DNA of 64,000 bases from Bacteroidota bacterium (GCA_046051005.1 JBJOPA010000264.1:38755-102754); one strand, 5' to 3'. Shown: positions 43,996-53,981, counted from the first letter of the stretch. Numbers and translations are program-made. The notes: generated by a model not told the origin, from the sequence alone.

Positions 43996-46374
43996 TTATT
44001 TCATCAACGTGAAATCTCCTGCGGCATTTTCGGTATGCCCGTCTGTGAACAAGACATCGGCAACGAAAATATAAACGCCTTCGGGTGCGTCTCTATCCAA
44101 AAATTTTCCGTTCCAACCTGCATCATCTCGCGCAGGAAAAACGACTCCTGTGGATTGAAAAACTTGTCCACCCCATCGGTCATATATTTTTAAATTACTG
44201 ATTTGTTTTACAAAATTTCCACCTTGCATCGTGAAATAGTCGTTAAAACCGTCGCCATTTGGAGAAAAAACATTGGGCGCAAACCACAAATTATCTTTTC
44301 TGACGGTAATTTGAGTCGAAACCGTTTTTCGACAACCTAACGTATCAATCCCTGTAAACCAATACACCTTTGTTTCGGTAGGTTTCACGACGGTAGAAAG
44401 CGTTTTTACTTGTCGTTCCGACCAAAAAAACGTGTCTAACGGGTGGTTGGTTTGTACGCGAATCAGCAAACTATCGCCCACATTTATTTCTGTGGACGGC
44501 GTAATATCCAACAAAAACGGCGGCGGGTTAGGGACAACCATACTTTGTTGCAAACCGCAACCATTGGCATCTATCACGCCGACGTTGTAGGTTCCTGCTT
44601 TCAAACCAGTCAAAAATATTTGTCGCCGCAGCGTATCGCCTCGAAAAGTAAGCGAATAGGGCGGTGTTCCATTTCGGACATAATCCAAAGCAATTGTGCC
44701 GTTCGAGCCGTCGTAACATTGCGGCGGCACGGCAAAAAACGCAATCGAATCGGGAGACGGAACCAACAAAAGCTCAATATCGTCTAGAATTTCGCAGGCA
44801 TCGGTGTCGGTTACTTTCACAAAAATGCGCGTTGTCGAATCGGGCGAAACGCGAACGCGAGGGGTGTTTGAAAAAACGGAATCATTCATTTTCCATTCAT
44901 ACAAACAATTGGGGCAACCCGCAATGGTGGCATTCAATGGAATTTCAGAACGTTTGCAAACCAGTGTGTCAGGACCCAAATCGAGTTCAAAAATGCAACG
45001 GATTTTGGTAATCCAAAAGTCATTTTGTCCATTTCCGTTTTGCGTTTTTTCGCCGCTAATGATGGAATTGGATTGTCCTGCCACGATGTAGCCCTTGTCG
45101 GCAAGCGGAATGAGGGTCGTTGGCGCGTCATCGCCCGACCCGCCAATGCTTTTGTCCCAAACTTTATTGCCGTTTCGGTCAAGATAACACATCCAATAAT
45201 CGTTGAGTCCGCGCAAAGAATCGCGCTTGTTTCCCGAATTTTGAAGCGAACTGCTCACGCCCGCGATGAGCAAATAGCCCGTTGCGTTCTGATGTGCGGC
45301 ATATAAATTGTCGTCGAGACTACCGCCCAACGTGCGTTCCCAAACGATATTTCCGTTGTCTTGTCGCACTTTGAGAATCCAATAATCGAGTCCGCCGTAA
45401 TTTCGACTTTCTTTATCGCCGCTTGGTTGCGAGCGCGTGCTGCCTGCCAAAATGAGGGTTCGGTCGGGAGCCGTGACCACGCTTTTGACTACATCTTCGA
45501 GGTCACCACCATAGCTTTTGTCCCAAATTTTGTTGCCGTCGGGGTCAATTTTCAAGAGCCACACGTCTTTTACGCCGCGTTCTGGGTCGGTTTTGTCAAC
45601 GCTTCTACCCGATGTTGAGCCGCAGGCGATGAAGTAATTGCCATCGTCGGACTTACAAAGGGTTGCGCTTGGGAAATCGTCGCTTCCCGAACCGCCGTAG
45701 GTTTTGTCCCAAATTTTGTTGCCATTTCGGTCAATTTTGATGAGCCAAAGGTCAAGGCTGTCGTTATTGCCGCGTCTGCCAGAGGTTTTGTTGCCGCTCG
45801 TGGGAGAGTTGGAATGCCCCAAAATGAGGTATCCGTCGCCCATCGCCAAGCCGCAAAATGCTTCGTCGCGCTTGCTGCCGCCAAAACTTTTTTCCCAAAC
45901 CAACCGACCATTTGGATTGACTTGTACAATCCAAAAATCGCTTTCGCCGTAATTTATGGAAAGTTTATCCGTCATCGAGTCGCGGGGCGAATCGGTTTGA
46001 CCAATCAATAAATAGCCTTCGCTGTTCTGAATCACAGACCAGCAAAGCTCGCGACCAACGCCGCCAAGTCGTTTGTCAAAAATTTTTCTGCCCAGCGAAT
46101 CGGTTTTTAGAAACCAAAAATCCTGTCCGCCGCGACTGCGTTCTGACACGTCGCCGCTATTGACGCTTGATGTCATGCCGCAAAACAAAAAACCTTCGTC
46201 TTGGGTGGCGGTTCCTGCATTGAGTTGTTCAAAATCGGTTCCACCATAGGTTCGGTCCCAGCGCGGGCGCGGTTGCGCTTGCGCGTAGGCAAAAGCCAAG
46301 AACCAAGTCAATAAAACAATAAAATTTCGATTGAATGTATGATTCAAGTTAGGCATTTTAAAAAAAATGTTCAT
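43996..46374 (-). CDS. secreted repeat protein with a gliding-motility-associated C-terminal domain (CHU_C / T9SS type B sorting domain)
   Basis: The C-terminus reads FAPNVFSPNGDGFNDYFTM...IYDRWGGQVF...GVYIF. The N-terminal two-thirds are ~45-aa repeats of the form W(D/E)K(S/T)(Y/F)GGS..D. Confidence 0.85.
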   Translation of the reverse strand: MNIFFKMPNLNHTFNRNFIVLLTWFLAFAYAQAQPRPRWDRTYGGTDFEQLNAGTATQDEGFLFCGMTSSVNSGDVSERSRGGQDFWFLKTDSLGRKIFDKRLGGVGRELCWSVIQNSEGYLLIGQTDSPRDSMTDKLSINYGESDFWIVQVNPNGRLVWEKSFGGSKRDEAFCGLAMGDGYLILGHSNSPTSGNKTSGRRGNNDSLDLWLIKIDRNGNKIWDKTYGGSGSDDFPSATLCKSDDGNYFIACGSTSGRSVDKTDPERGVKDVWLLKIDPDGNKIWDKSYGGDLEDVVKSVVTAPDRTLILAGSTRSQPSGDKESRNYGGLDYWILKVRQDNGNIVWERTLGGSLDDNLYAAHQNATGYLLIAGVSSSLQNSGNKRDSLRGLNDYWMCYLDRNGNKVWDKSIGGSGDDAPTTLIPLADKGYIVAGQSNSIISGEKTQNGNGQNDFWITKIRCIFELDLGPDTLVCKRSEIPLNATIAGCPNCLYEWKMNDSVFSNTPRVRVSPDSTTRIFVKVTDTDACEILDDIELLLVPSPDSIAFFAVPPQCYDGSNGTIALDYVRNGTPPYSLTFRGDTLRRQIFLTGLKAGTYNVGVIDANGCGLQQSMVVPNPPPFLLDITPSTEINVGDSLLIRVQTNHPLDTFFWSERQVKTLSTVVKPTETKVYWFTGIDTLGCRKTVSTQITVRKDNLWFAPNVFSPNGDGFNDYFTMQGGNFVKQISNLKIYDRWGGQVFQSTGVVFPARDDAGWNGKFLDRDAPEGVYIFVADVLFTDGHTENAAGDFTLMK

Positions 46375-46604
46375 AAATTATTTTTAATTTGTTTTCAATT
46401 CGTCTTTTCAAAAAAAAAGAAAAATGAAAACGCTATCACTTTTAGATACGGTGTAAACGCAAAACGCTGTCAAATTTATGTCTTATTTTTATGCCAAGCA
46501 TGAAAATAAGCCGTATTTAACATTTTTAATTTCACTTCCAATGCAAATTTACCAATTTTGAAGCAATTTTTATAGCATTAAAAAAAATAATATAAAAAAA
46601 GATA

Positions 46605-46615
46605 CCCCCCAGTAT
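46605..46615 (+). repeat. CAGTAT-box copy 36, intergenic
   Basis: AAAAAAAGATACCCCCCAGTATGG, downstream of the stop of the TolB-like gene (minus strand). Confidence 0.9.
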
Positions 46616-46675
46616 GGACAGCCATACGAGAGGGTTTTTCTATTTTTTGAATGCTTTTTCAGCGTTTTTAAACCG

Positions 46676-47758
46676 TTAATCTTCCCAATCGGCGATAAAC
46701 AAATTGGTGTCGCGGGTGCCGCCGTTGTTTCGATTGCTCGAAAAAACCAACTTTTTGCCATCAGGTGAAAACATTGGAAAGGCGTTGAAAATGCTTTCGG
46801 TCGTGATTGCCTCCAAGCCCGTGCCGTCTAAATTGATGATGTACAACTGAAAATCGTAGCCGCGTTTGGAATGATGATTGCTCGAAAAAATAATTTTTTT
46901 ACCCGACGGATGAAAAAATGGAGCCCAATTCGCTTTCCCTAAATTCGTAATTTGTTTTAAATCAGAACCATCAATGTTACAAGTATAAATTTCCATTGTC
47001 GTAGGAGCGACCAAATTTTGTGCTAAATAATCTTTATATTCCTTTATTTCTTCTGCCGTCTTGGGGCGACTGGCTCTGAAAACCAATTTTTTAGAATCGG
47101 GCGAAAAGAACGCGCCGCCGTCGTAACCCAACCCAAACGTAATTTGTTTTTGATTGGAACCGTCAATGTCCATCGTCCAAAGTTCCAAATCGCCTGACCG
47201 CGTCGAAGTGAAAACAATCTTTTTGCCGTCGGGCGAAACGGTCGCTTCGGCATCGTAACCAACGGCATTGGTGAGTTGTTTTTTCAACTTTCCGTTTTTA
47301 TTGGCAACAAAAATATCGAAATCGGCGTAAATGGGCCACAAATATTTTTTGCCATCGCTCACTGGTGGCGGCGGACAGGAGTGATTTCCGATATGCGTCG
47401 AAGCGTACAAAATATCTTTGTTGTTCGGCATAAAATACGAACAAGTCGTGCGCCCGTAGCTCGTCGAAACCATTTTTGGACGATACAACGAATCTTTTCG
47501 CGCTTTTTCGATGTCGAGTTTAAAAATTTGGTCGCACCGCAAACCCCAACGAATATAGTCTGATTGGAAAGACAAATAACGTCCGTTTGGGCTGAAATAC
47601 GCTTCGGCATTGTTGCCGCCAAAGGTGAGTTGCGTCAAATTTCGCAAATGTTTTTCTCCGTTTTTCGGCTCCGTTTTTGGCGTTTCGGCGGGTTGTTGCG
47701 CTTGCGCGAAGGCGGAAATGCTTAAAAAAACAGACAATGCGATAAAATATTTTTTCAT
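46676..47758 (-). CDS. periplasmic TolB-like WD40/PD40 beta-propeller protein
   Basis: The signal peptide is MKKYFIALSVFLSISAFAQA. PD40-type repeats recur (FSPDGKKLVF, VSPDGKKIVFTS, FHPSGKKIIFSS, FSPNGRYLSF). I chose the internal ATG at 47758. Confidence 0.8.
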   Translation of the reverse strand: MKKYFIALSVFLSISAFAQAQQPAETPKTEPKNGEKHLRNLTQLTFGGNNAEAYFSPNGRYLSFQSDYIRWGLRCDQIFKLDIEKARKDSLYRPKMVSTSYGRTTCSYFMPNNKDILYASTHIGNHSCPPPPVSDGKKYLWPIYADFDIFVANKNGKLKKQLTNAVGYDAEATVSPDGKKIVFTSTRSGDLELWTMDIDGSNQKQITFGLGYDGGAFFSPDSKKLVFRASRPKTAEEIKEYKDYLAQNLVAPTTMEIYTCNIDGSDLKQITNLGKANWAPFFHPSGKKIIFSSNHHSKRGYDFQLYIINLDGTGLEAITTESIFNAFPMFSPDGKKLVFSSNRNNGGTRDTNLFIADWED

Positions 47759-47850
47759 AACTTCTTTTTGAAAATGTTGAAAACAGAATAGCATAAATTT
47801 TGGATAACTTTTTGAAAATCAATGCGTTTTAATACAAGTGAATTTCTTTG

Positions 47851-47858
47851 CAAAGATA
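47851..47858 (-). promoter_or_regulatory. -7 box TATCTTTG (minus strand) upstream of the TolB-like gene
   Basis: CAAAGATA on the plus strand, about 93 nt upstream of the ATG at 47758. Confidence 0.45.
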
Positions 47859-47924
47859 GTTTTTCGCGCTCGGAAGCCATTTCTTTTGCTACATTTTGTA
47901 AAAAAATGACAAAAAAATGACTGC

Positions 47925-47935
47925 ATACTGGGGGG
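47925..47935 (-). repeat. CAGTAT-box copy 37, intergenic
   Basis: GCATACTGGGGGGTAGTTTTTTTT, in the divergent promoter region between the TolB-like and ABC ATPase genes. Confidence 0.9.
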
Positions 47936-47992
47936 TAGTTTTTTTTGGAAAAAAATATTCGACAAAATAAAATTTGACTTTTTTTTAAAATA

Positions 47993-48760
47993 ATGAAAGA
48001 TAATATAAAAAAAATAGCCATTCGCGTCAAAAATCTATCGGTTTCTTACGACCGAAAACGGGTGTTGACGAATATTTTTTTAGAAATCGAAGCGGGCAAA
48101 GTCTGTGGACTCATCGGTCCAAATGGCGCAGGAAAATCCACGTTGTTCAATGCCATTTTGGGTTTGGTGTCGCCCAATGCGGGTGAAATTTCGTTTTTTG
48201 AAAACAATTCGCTTGCCGATTTGCGGTCGAAAGTGGCATTTGTGCCGCAAAAAAATGATTTAGATTGGACATTTCCCGCCACCGTTTTCGATGTTGTGAT
48301 GACGGGTCGTTATCCGCATCGCCGTTTGTTTGAACGGATGCGCGACACCGACCATCAAATTTGTAACGAATCGCTACGAAAAGTGGGCATCGAATCGCTT
48401 CGAGACCGACAAATCAGCGAGCTTTCGGGCGGGCAACAACAGCGCATGTTCATCGCCCGCGCCCTCGCGCAGGAGGCGGATATTTTTTTGTTAGACGAAC
48501 CTTTTGTCGGCGTTGATGCCACGACGGAAGCCAAAATCATCGAAATTTTGAAGCAATTGGCTGCCGACGGCAAAACCATTTTGGTGGTTCATCACGACCT
48601 TTCCACCGTCGAACGTTATTTCGATTCTGTCATTTTATTGAACCAACGACTCATCGCGGCGGGCGACGTAACCAAAATATTTACGCCCGAAAACATCGCC
48701 AAAACCTTCGGCGGACAACTCAACGCCTTGCATCAAATCGGAATGCTCGAAAAACGGTGA
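47993..48760 (+). CDS. ABC transporter ATP-binding protein, metal (Mn/Zn/Fe chelate) importer type
   Basis: Walker A GPNGAGKST, signature LSGGQQQR, Walker B IFLLDEP and an H-loop VVHHDL. It is closest in style to ZnuC/MntB/TroB ATPases. Confidence 0.85.
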   Translation: MKDNIKKIAIRVKNLSVSYDRKRVLTNIFLEIEAGKVCGLIGPNGAGKSTLFNAILGLVSPNAGEISFFENNSLADLRSKVAFVPQKNDLDWTFPATVFDVVMTGRYPHRRLFERMRDTDHQICNESLRKVGIESLRDRQISELSGGQQQRMFIARALAQEADIFLLDEPFVGVDATTEAKIIEILKQLAADGKTILVVHHDLSTVERYFDSVILLNQRLIAAGDVTKIFTPENIAKTFGGQLNALHQIGMLEKR

Positions 48761-48762
48761 AT

Positions 48763-48773
48763 ATACTGGGGGG
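48763..48773 (-). repeat. CAGTAT-box copy 38, intergenic
   Basis: ATATACTGGGGGGTAGCCTTTTT. It starts 3 nt after the ABC ATPase stop. Confidence 0.9.
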
Positions 48774-48790
48774 TAGCCTTTTTCAAAATA

Positions 48791-48835
48791 AAAATCGGTC
48801 AACAAAGGAAAAGTATCCTTGTTGACCGATTTTTT
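48791..48835. terminator. Bidirectional terminator between the ABC ATPase gene and ORF 48869..49792
   Basis: AAAATCGGTCAACAAAGGA ... TCCTTGTTGACCGATTTTTT, with a one-base bulge. Confidence 0.8.
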
Positions 48836-48868
48836 AATAACCAAAAGAGGTTTTAGAAAAATTTTAAA

Positions 48869-49792
48869 TTATTGCTGCGTAGTTGGAGCTGCCGTTGGTT
48901 GTGCGGCTGGGGCGGGTTGATTAGGAAGCGGCGCGGTGCGACGACTCGTGAAAAAACCGAAAACCCATTGGTCTTTGTCGCTGATTTTGTAGAAAAAATC
49001 TTCTACCGAATAGCTTTGCCCGTTGATGGTGAAAGTCCGTTTCATTTTGTTTGGACTTTGCGCACGGATTTTATATTTCGTTCCAGGGTCCACCCAAGCT
49101 ACTTCTTTGGCGCGTTGGTTGAAGCCGTCGCGCACGCGCACCATCACTTCTTTTTCGATTGGATTGTCAATCAACAAATAACCTTCTTCTACGGCAGGAC
49201 TGGTTGCTGTTGCGCCCACAGTCGGAACCACGACAGGTGCGAGGTTTTGACCGCCATTTTGCGCCATTGGAGCAGCATCAGCCAACGAATTGACGGCTAA
49301 ATTGGTAGCAACAACAGGCGTTTCGGGACGTTGTGACCAAAATTTTGCGACCAAAACGAAGGCAAAAATCGCAACACTTGCCGCCACTGCATAGACCCAA
49401 CGCAATTTTTTTGAATCGGCGCGACGGACAGAACGCGGCGCACGAAACGTATCGCGCTGAACGGGTTTCTGAAAAACGGGCAATTCTTGATTGATTTGGA
49501 GCGTCCGCTCATTAGTGGGAAGGCAAAGTTGGATTTCCAACTCGCGCACTTTTTGGTCTAGGGCATTCACTTCTTGCATCAACCGTTCGTTTTCGGTGCG
49601 CAATAGGTCAATCGTTTTTTGGTGTTTAACTTCCGTATTTCTGAGTGAACGCAGCTCGCCACGCGACTCTAAAACTTGATTTTTATACTTACTGATTTCC
49701 GACAACATGCTGTCAATGTCTTGCTCATGTTGTTCGTCAACGGGAGACGTAAAATTATTTTTCCGCATCTTTTTACAGGGAATAGTGAACAA
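48869..49792 (-). CDS. hypothetical bitopic membrane protein with an N-terminal coiled coil
   Basis: 307-aa ORF. It has a heptad-rich N-terminus (LRTENERLMQEVNALDQKVRELEIQL), one TM helix (WVYAVAASVAIFAFVLVAKFW) and a Pro/Ala-rich C-terminal tail. The start is uncertain (49792 or 49768). Confidence 0.5.
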   Translation of the reverse strand: MFTIPCKKMRKNNFTSPVDEQHEQDIDSMLSEISKYKNQVLESRGELRSLRNTEVKHQKTIDLLRTENERLMQEVNALDQKVRELEIQLCLPTNERTLQINQELPVFQKPVQRDTFRAPRSVRRADSKKLRWVYAVAASVAIFAFVLVAKFWSQRPETPVVATNLAVNSLADAAPMAQNGGQNLAPVVVPTVGATATSPAVEEGYLLIDNPIEKEVMVRVRDGFNQRAKEVAWVDPGTKYKIRAQSPNKMKRTFTINGQSYSVEDFFYKISDKDQWVFGFFTSRRTAPLPNQPAPAAQPTAAPTTQQ

Positions 49793-50146
49793 AAAAGTAT
49801 GATTCGTTTTGTTAACTTATTGCTTAATTCTTTAATTATCGTTAACAACTTTTTGCAAAATATTTACAAAAATAAACTACTTTTTATTGACGAAGGTAAC
49901 TTTTTGCGTAAAAAAAATGTCTTTTTTTTGAAAATACCAAACATGTGTTTAATTAAAATGTATAAAACGCTATAAAATCAACTTAAACCCTATGGAGAAT
50001 TTTATATTCTTTTTTGGAAAAAAATGAATAAAATAATTGGTGAACCACATTTTATTTCGATTTTATTCATGTTATTGAAATATATTTTATATGTTTATTT
50101 TTACTTTTAAGGTTTTTTGACACGATTTTATACGCTTCGTCGCCCC

Positions 50147-50195
50147 AAAAAATACCCCCAAAATCGGTCGGATACTGGGGGGTATTGTTTTTTTT
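50147..50195 (-). repeat. CAGTAT-box copy 39 (G-form at 50172-50182) in a half-decayed palindrome
   Basis: AAAAAATACCCCC...GGATACTGGGGGGTATTGTTTTTTTT. AATACCCCC pairs with GGGGGTATT. It lies downstream of the methyltransferase stop on the minus strand. Confidence 0.85.
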
Positions 50196-50232
50196 AAAAA
50201 TGAAATAAAAATGTTGATTTTTTACATGAAAA

Positions 50233-50967
50233 TCAACGCTTTTTAGCCACCAAAACGTTGTCTAAAAACAAATCTTTGTTGCGCGGCAATATCCAAAACA
50301 AAAGACTGCCGAGCAGATTTAGCCAAGCGTTGAAAACCGCCGTTGCCACCAAATTCAGCGCAGGCGAACGACGCGCCCAAAGCGTTTTTTTGAAAATATA
50401 GCCGTTCAACAATTGAAACAAAACGCGGGTGTCGGACAACGTTTTTTGATGCTCGATGACCTCAAAACCATTTTTTTCAAGTAAAAAACGCAAACCAAAC
50501 GAACTGTAACGCGCATAATCGTAGGGCTGTTCGTGTTCGTCCCAAACAAACGGAACCGTCAACAACAAACAACCGTCGGGTTTCAACACGCGCCGAATCT
50601 CTTGCAAAAAATCGTCGGGGTGAAAAACGTGTTCTAACACTTGACTACAAATCGCACTATCAAAATGATTGTCCGCAAACGGAATGTGTTTGCCGTCGTA
50701 AAAAATATCTACATCTTCGTTTTCGTGCGTATGCCCTTCTTGCTCGACTTCGATGCCGATATATTTTTCGTATTTGAAAAATTCTTTATAAGGTTTTTGT
50801 CCGCAACCTACGTCAATAATGTCGCCCACCATATATTTTGATAAGCTCTTGACCGCATCGCGCAACCCTTTTCGACCGAAATAGAACGGATTGACGAGCA
50901 GACTCACCCAATTTGGATGAAAAACTTGTCGCTTAAAAAATGCTTTTATCGAATTTTGTGAACTCAT
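50233..50967 (-). CDS. class I SAM-dependent methyltransferase
   Basis: Motif I is IIDVGCGQKPY. The post-I acidic residue and motif LKPDGCLLLTVP are present. 244 aa. Confidence 0.8.
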   Translation of the reverse strand: MSSQNSIKAFFKRQVFHPNWVSLLVNPFYFGRKGLRDAVKSLSKYMVGDIIDVGCGQKPYKEFFKYEKYIGIEVEQEGHTHENEDVDIFYDGKHIPFADNHFDSAICSQVLEHVFHPDDFLQEIRRVLKPDGCLLLTVPFVWDEHEQPYDYARYSSFGLRFLLEKNGFEVIEHQKTLSDTRVLFQLLNGYIFKKTLWARRSPALNLVATAVFNAWLNLLGSLLFWILPRNKDLFLDNVLVAKKR

Positions 50968-51002
50968 TTTATTGATTTTTCAAATTATTTTTTCAAAAAA
51001 TG

Positions 51003-51016
51003 CCCCCCCCCAGTAT
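51003..51016 (+). repeat. CAGTAT-box copy 40 (C9AGTAT), intergenic
   Basis: CAAAAAATGCCCCCCCCCAGTAT is followed by the hairpin TCCAAGCC...GGCTTGGA. It lies between skp and the methyltransferase gene. Confidence 0.9.
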
Positions 51017-51049
51017 TCCAAGCCTTTTCGGACTCAAAAAGGCTTGGAA
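51016..51049 (-). terminator. Hairpin downstream of skp
   Basis: TTCCAAGCCTTTT ... AAAAGGCTTGGAA. On the minus strand it is followed by ATACTG9CATTTTTT (motif copy 40), which supplies the T-run. Confidence 0.6.
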
Positions 51050-51067
51050 ATGGGTTTTGTTGAGGAA

Positions 51068-51691
51068 TTATTTTTGATTCAATGCCGTCAACACTTCTGC
51101 CGTGAGGTCGTATGCGCCGTTGGTAATCAACACGGGGCTGCCCGCTTTTGAGTAGCTCAACACGTAGTCAAAACCGCGTGCGACTTTCATTTTGTCGAGT
51201 TGTCCGATGACGCGACGCTGCAAATTTTCGTTGAGTTTTTGGATTTTCTCTTGCAATTCTTTTTCCGCTTTGGCTTGTTGTTGCCCAATTTCTTGCTCTT
51301 GTTGCTGCAATTGTTGCGCTTCTGCTTGCAATTGTGCGGGCGGAACGGTTCCTTTTTTAGCTTTTTCGTCGAGTGCCATGTAAGCGGCTTGGAATTGTTG
51401 TGTACGATTTTGGAGTGCCGTACCGCGTTCTTTGTAGATGCGTTCTAATTCCGCTTTTTCATTTTTGAACGAGGTCAAATGGTCCAAAATACTATCCGAG
51501 TTCACATAAGCCACTTTCGCCGCAGGCAAAATGCCCGAAACAGGCGCAACAACCGCTTGTTGGGTCGAATCGCTTGCGCTGGTTGCCACCGTCACCGTCG
51601 GCGCGGCAGGCGTTTTGTAAACTTTCCAATACAAATTGCCGACGAGCAACAACAAAAGACCATTCAGAATGAGTGACGCATTTTTCAACAT
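51068..51691 (-). CDS. skp: OmpH/Skp-family periplasmic chaperone
   Basis: Signal/TM segment. The long Gln/Glu/Lys-rich coiled coil (QLQAEAQQLQQQEQEIGQQQAKAEKELQEKIQKL) and the size are typical of Skp/OmpH. Confidence 0.8.
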   Translation of the reverse strand: MLKNASLILNGLLLLLVGNLYWKVYKTPAAPTVTVATSASDSTQQAVVAPVSGILPAAKVAYVNSDSILDHLTSFKNEKAELERIYKERGTALQNRTQQFQAAYMALDEKAKKGTVPPAQLQAEAQQLQQQEQEIGQQQAKAEKELQEKIQKLNENLQRRVIGQLDKMKVARGFDYVLSYSKAGSPVLITNGAYDLTAEVLTALNQK

Positions 51692-51784
51692 GATATTATT
51701 TTTTTTTAAATTTTATTTTGAGAAAATTATTTTTTAAAAATGAGGTTGCAAAAGTAGTTTGTTAATTTGATTCTCAAAACACTA

Positions 51785-51795
51785 CCCCCCAGTAT
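51785..51795 (+). repeat. CAGTAT-box copy 41, intergenic
   Basis: CACTACCCCCCAGTATC, upstream of the skp start. Confidence 0.9.
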
Positions 51796-51952
51796 CTTTC
51801 ATTTTTTTTTAATTTTTTCAACATTTTTTTCAAAAACTTTCATTTTTTGTAAAATAAAATATCAAAATGGATAAAAAAAATAACTTGTAAAAAAACAGCA
51901 ATGCCTTTTTTCTACAAGTTATTTTTTTATAAAACGTTGATGACGGGAAAAA

Positions 51953-53719
51953 TTATTCGCTATAAATCCACCAATTGGCTCCGTCGCTGATAATTTTATA
52001 TTTTTTTGCAAAAGCGAGGCTGCTCACATCGGTGGTTTCGGTGAGTTTTAACGCGGGCGAAAATGTGACGAGATTTATGGTTTCGTCCGATTTTCCGACC
52101 ACATACGTTCGTCCGACACAACTGATCGGCAAGGGCAAGGTCAATGTTATAGGCGCATTGGTCGCGTTTGCCAACACGATGTGATTGGTTTCGTCGAGTG
52201 TCCAATCGGCAGTGGTGCGCATAAAACTCATGCCGACCGAACCGTTGATTTGCAAAGTCGAATTGGGCGTGCTGGTTCCGATGCCAATTTTTCCATCGTT
52301 TCGGATAATCATTTTTTGAGTCGGAACCGCTGACCCGATGGGCGAAGTGAAAAATTGAATATTTCCAGGCATGTCTCCTGCGCCAATCGCATCGTCACTT
52401 GCCATTACAATTTTTGCAGCTTTCTGAAAATTTGCGCCGTCATACGCCTCCGCCTCGAAAGACGCGATGCTACCGCCCGTAAAAATCGTTGGCGCAAGGT
52501 CTGTTCCATTCGATTTTCTGACGCGAATGGTCGAAAAATCGGTTCCGTAAGACGTTAAATCCACATCGGCATTGAAATTATAGGTTGCCGTTCCGCGCAC
52601 GTCTAACATTTGTGCGGGCGTATTGATGCCAATGCCCGTTTTTCCGCCCAAATAATTGATATCGTCAATACCCGTTTGATACACGCCAAAACCGTTGGTC
52701 GCCAACACATCGCCTACAAAAATTCCGTATCCGTTTGTAATCGTCGCGCTGCCGCCCTTGCTAAATTCGCTATAAACGCCATACGCATTGGTGATGGTTC
52801 CCGTTCCCGCCGCTTGCACGCGGGCATAGACGCTACGCGCATTGGAAATCACGCCGCCCGAACTGTTCGACACCATGCCTCGAATCCCGATGGCACTCGT
52901 GAACGCACCAAAACTATTGTTATTCGCAATATTATCGCTGCCATAAGCCGTAGAAATTGTCCCAGAACTTCTGTTTTCTGCCAACGAATTGATACCCGTC
53001 AAAATGCTTACCGCGCCAGTTCCTGAATATTTTGCGTCGGCAGCCGATGCCACCAACGTAGAATTGGCAACGTTGTTGGACGAAGAACGCAACAAATGAT
53101 ACCCCCCAGTATAAGTCGTCGTCGCCGCACTCGTCGGCGTGACGGTCGTGTTGGACAACCAACCACTGTGGTCCCAAACATTGATAAAAGAAGCGGCATT
53201 GCTGATGGTGTCTATCAATTGTGAAAATGGGGTAGCGGCGGCGGTGGTTCCCGACACATGCAATTTTGCCGAAGGCGCAGTCGTGCCAATCCCCAAAAAA
53301 CCTGTCGAAGACAAACGCATTTGCTCCGAATTGCTGGTTCTAAACGCCAAATCTTGCGCGTTTGTGGTTCCTAAAAAATTGGTGGTTGGGTTGGTGTTGC
53401 TGTTTCCCGTCAGACTCCACGCGCCCAAACTGCTGGGGTCGCACATGCTTTGCCACGTCGAATTGCGATAAACCCAAATGCAATGGGTAGTCGTATTATA
53501 AATTTGTAAACCATTTGCGGGGCTGGAAATTGCCGTCATGTCGGCAGTGGTCATGCGCGGGAGCAAAAAACCACGATTGACACTTTCGATTTCTACGATT
53601 GCCGATGGATTTTTGGTGCCTGGATTGTCGCCAAATTTGACTTGCGCCGTCGCCACATTCCACAGAAAGAAAAGGCTCAAAACACCAAAGGATTTTAAAG
53701 TTTTTATATTCGTACTCAT
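51953..53719 (-). CDS. hypothetical secreted fibre-like repeat protein
   Basis: 588-aa ORF with a signal peptide. A GIG(T/I)xxPxxxLx(V/I)xG motif recurs three times (LGIGTTAPSAKLHVSG, TGIGINTPAQMLDVRG, KIGIGTSTPNSTLQINGS). Between these lie Gly/Ser/Thr/Asn-rich ~20-aa repeats. Confidence 0.55.
   Translation of the reverse strand: MSTNIKTLKSFGVLSLFFLWNVATAQVKFGDNPGTKNPSAIVEIESVNRGFLLPRMTTADMTAISSPANGLQIYNTTTHCIWVYRNSTWQSMCDPSSLGAWSLTGNSNTNPTTNFLGTTNAQDLAFRTSNSEQMRLSSTGFLGIGTTAPSAKLHVSGTTAAATPFSQLIDTISNAASFINVWDHSGWLSNTTVTPTSAATTTYTGGYHLLRSSSNNVANSTLVASAADAKYSGTGAVSILTGINSLAENRSSGTISTAYGSDNIANNNSFGAFTSAIGIRGMVSNSSGGVISNARSVYARVQAAGTGTITNAYGVYSEFSKGGSATITNGYGIFVGDVLATNGFGVYQTGIDDINYLGGKTGIGINTPAQMLDVRGTATYNFNADVDLTSYGTDFSTIRVRKSNGTDLAPTIFTGGSIASFEAEAYDGANFQKAAKIVMASDDAIGAGDMPGNIQFFTSPIGSAVPTQKMIIRNDGKIGIGTSTPNSTLQINGSVGMSFMRTTADWTLDETNHIVLANATNAPITLTLPLPISCVGRTYVVGKSDETINLVTFSPALKLTETTDVSSLAFAKKYKIISDGANWWIYSE
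53102..53112 (+). repeat. CAGTAT-box copy 42 inside ORF 51953..53719
   Basis: On the coding strand it reads ACTTATACTGGGGGGTAT = TYTGGY. Confidence 0.85.
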
Positions 53720-53851
53720 TGGAAAAATTTTAAATAGTTAAATGTTTACTTTTTCACGTTATTGTTGTTTATTTTTTTTGTTAAAAATTTTTGTGAAAAA
53801 TGTATTTGTAAAAAAAAAAGGGAATTTTTATGTTTTCCAGAAAAAAATACG

Positions 53852-53864
53852 CCCCCCCCAGTAT
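53852..53864 (+). repeat. CAGTAT-box copy 43 (C8AGTAT), intergenic
   Basis: AAAAAAATACGCCCCCCCCAGTAT. It directly abuts family-2 repeat copy e. Confidence 0.9.
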
Positions 53865-53918
53865 TTTCCCCCCTCAATTTCCTTTCTTCCTCCCTTCGGG
53901 GGGATTGGAGGACGAAAG
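53864..53918 (+). repeat. Family-2 repeat, copy e (composite)
   Basis: TTTTCCCCCCTCAATTTCC...CTTCCTCCCTTCGGGGGGATTGGAGGAC. An inverted partial arm plus a full arm, fused to CAGTAT-box copy 43. Confidence 0.7.
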
Positions 53919-53981
53919 GTATTTTTAAGAAAAAAGGGCGTATTTTTTTTTGAAATATTTATTTTTGAAACCGTTTGACGG

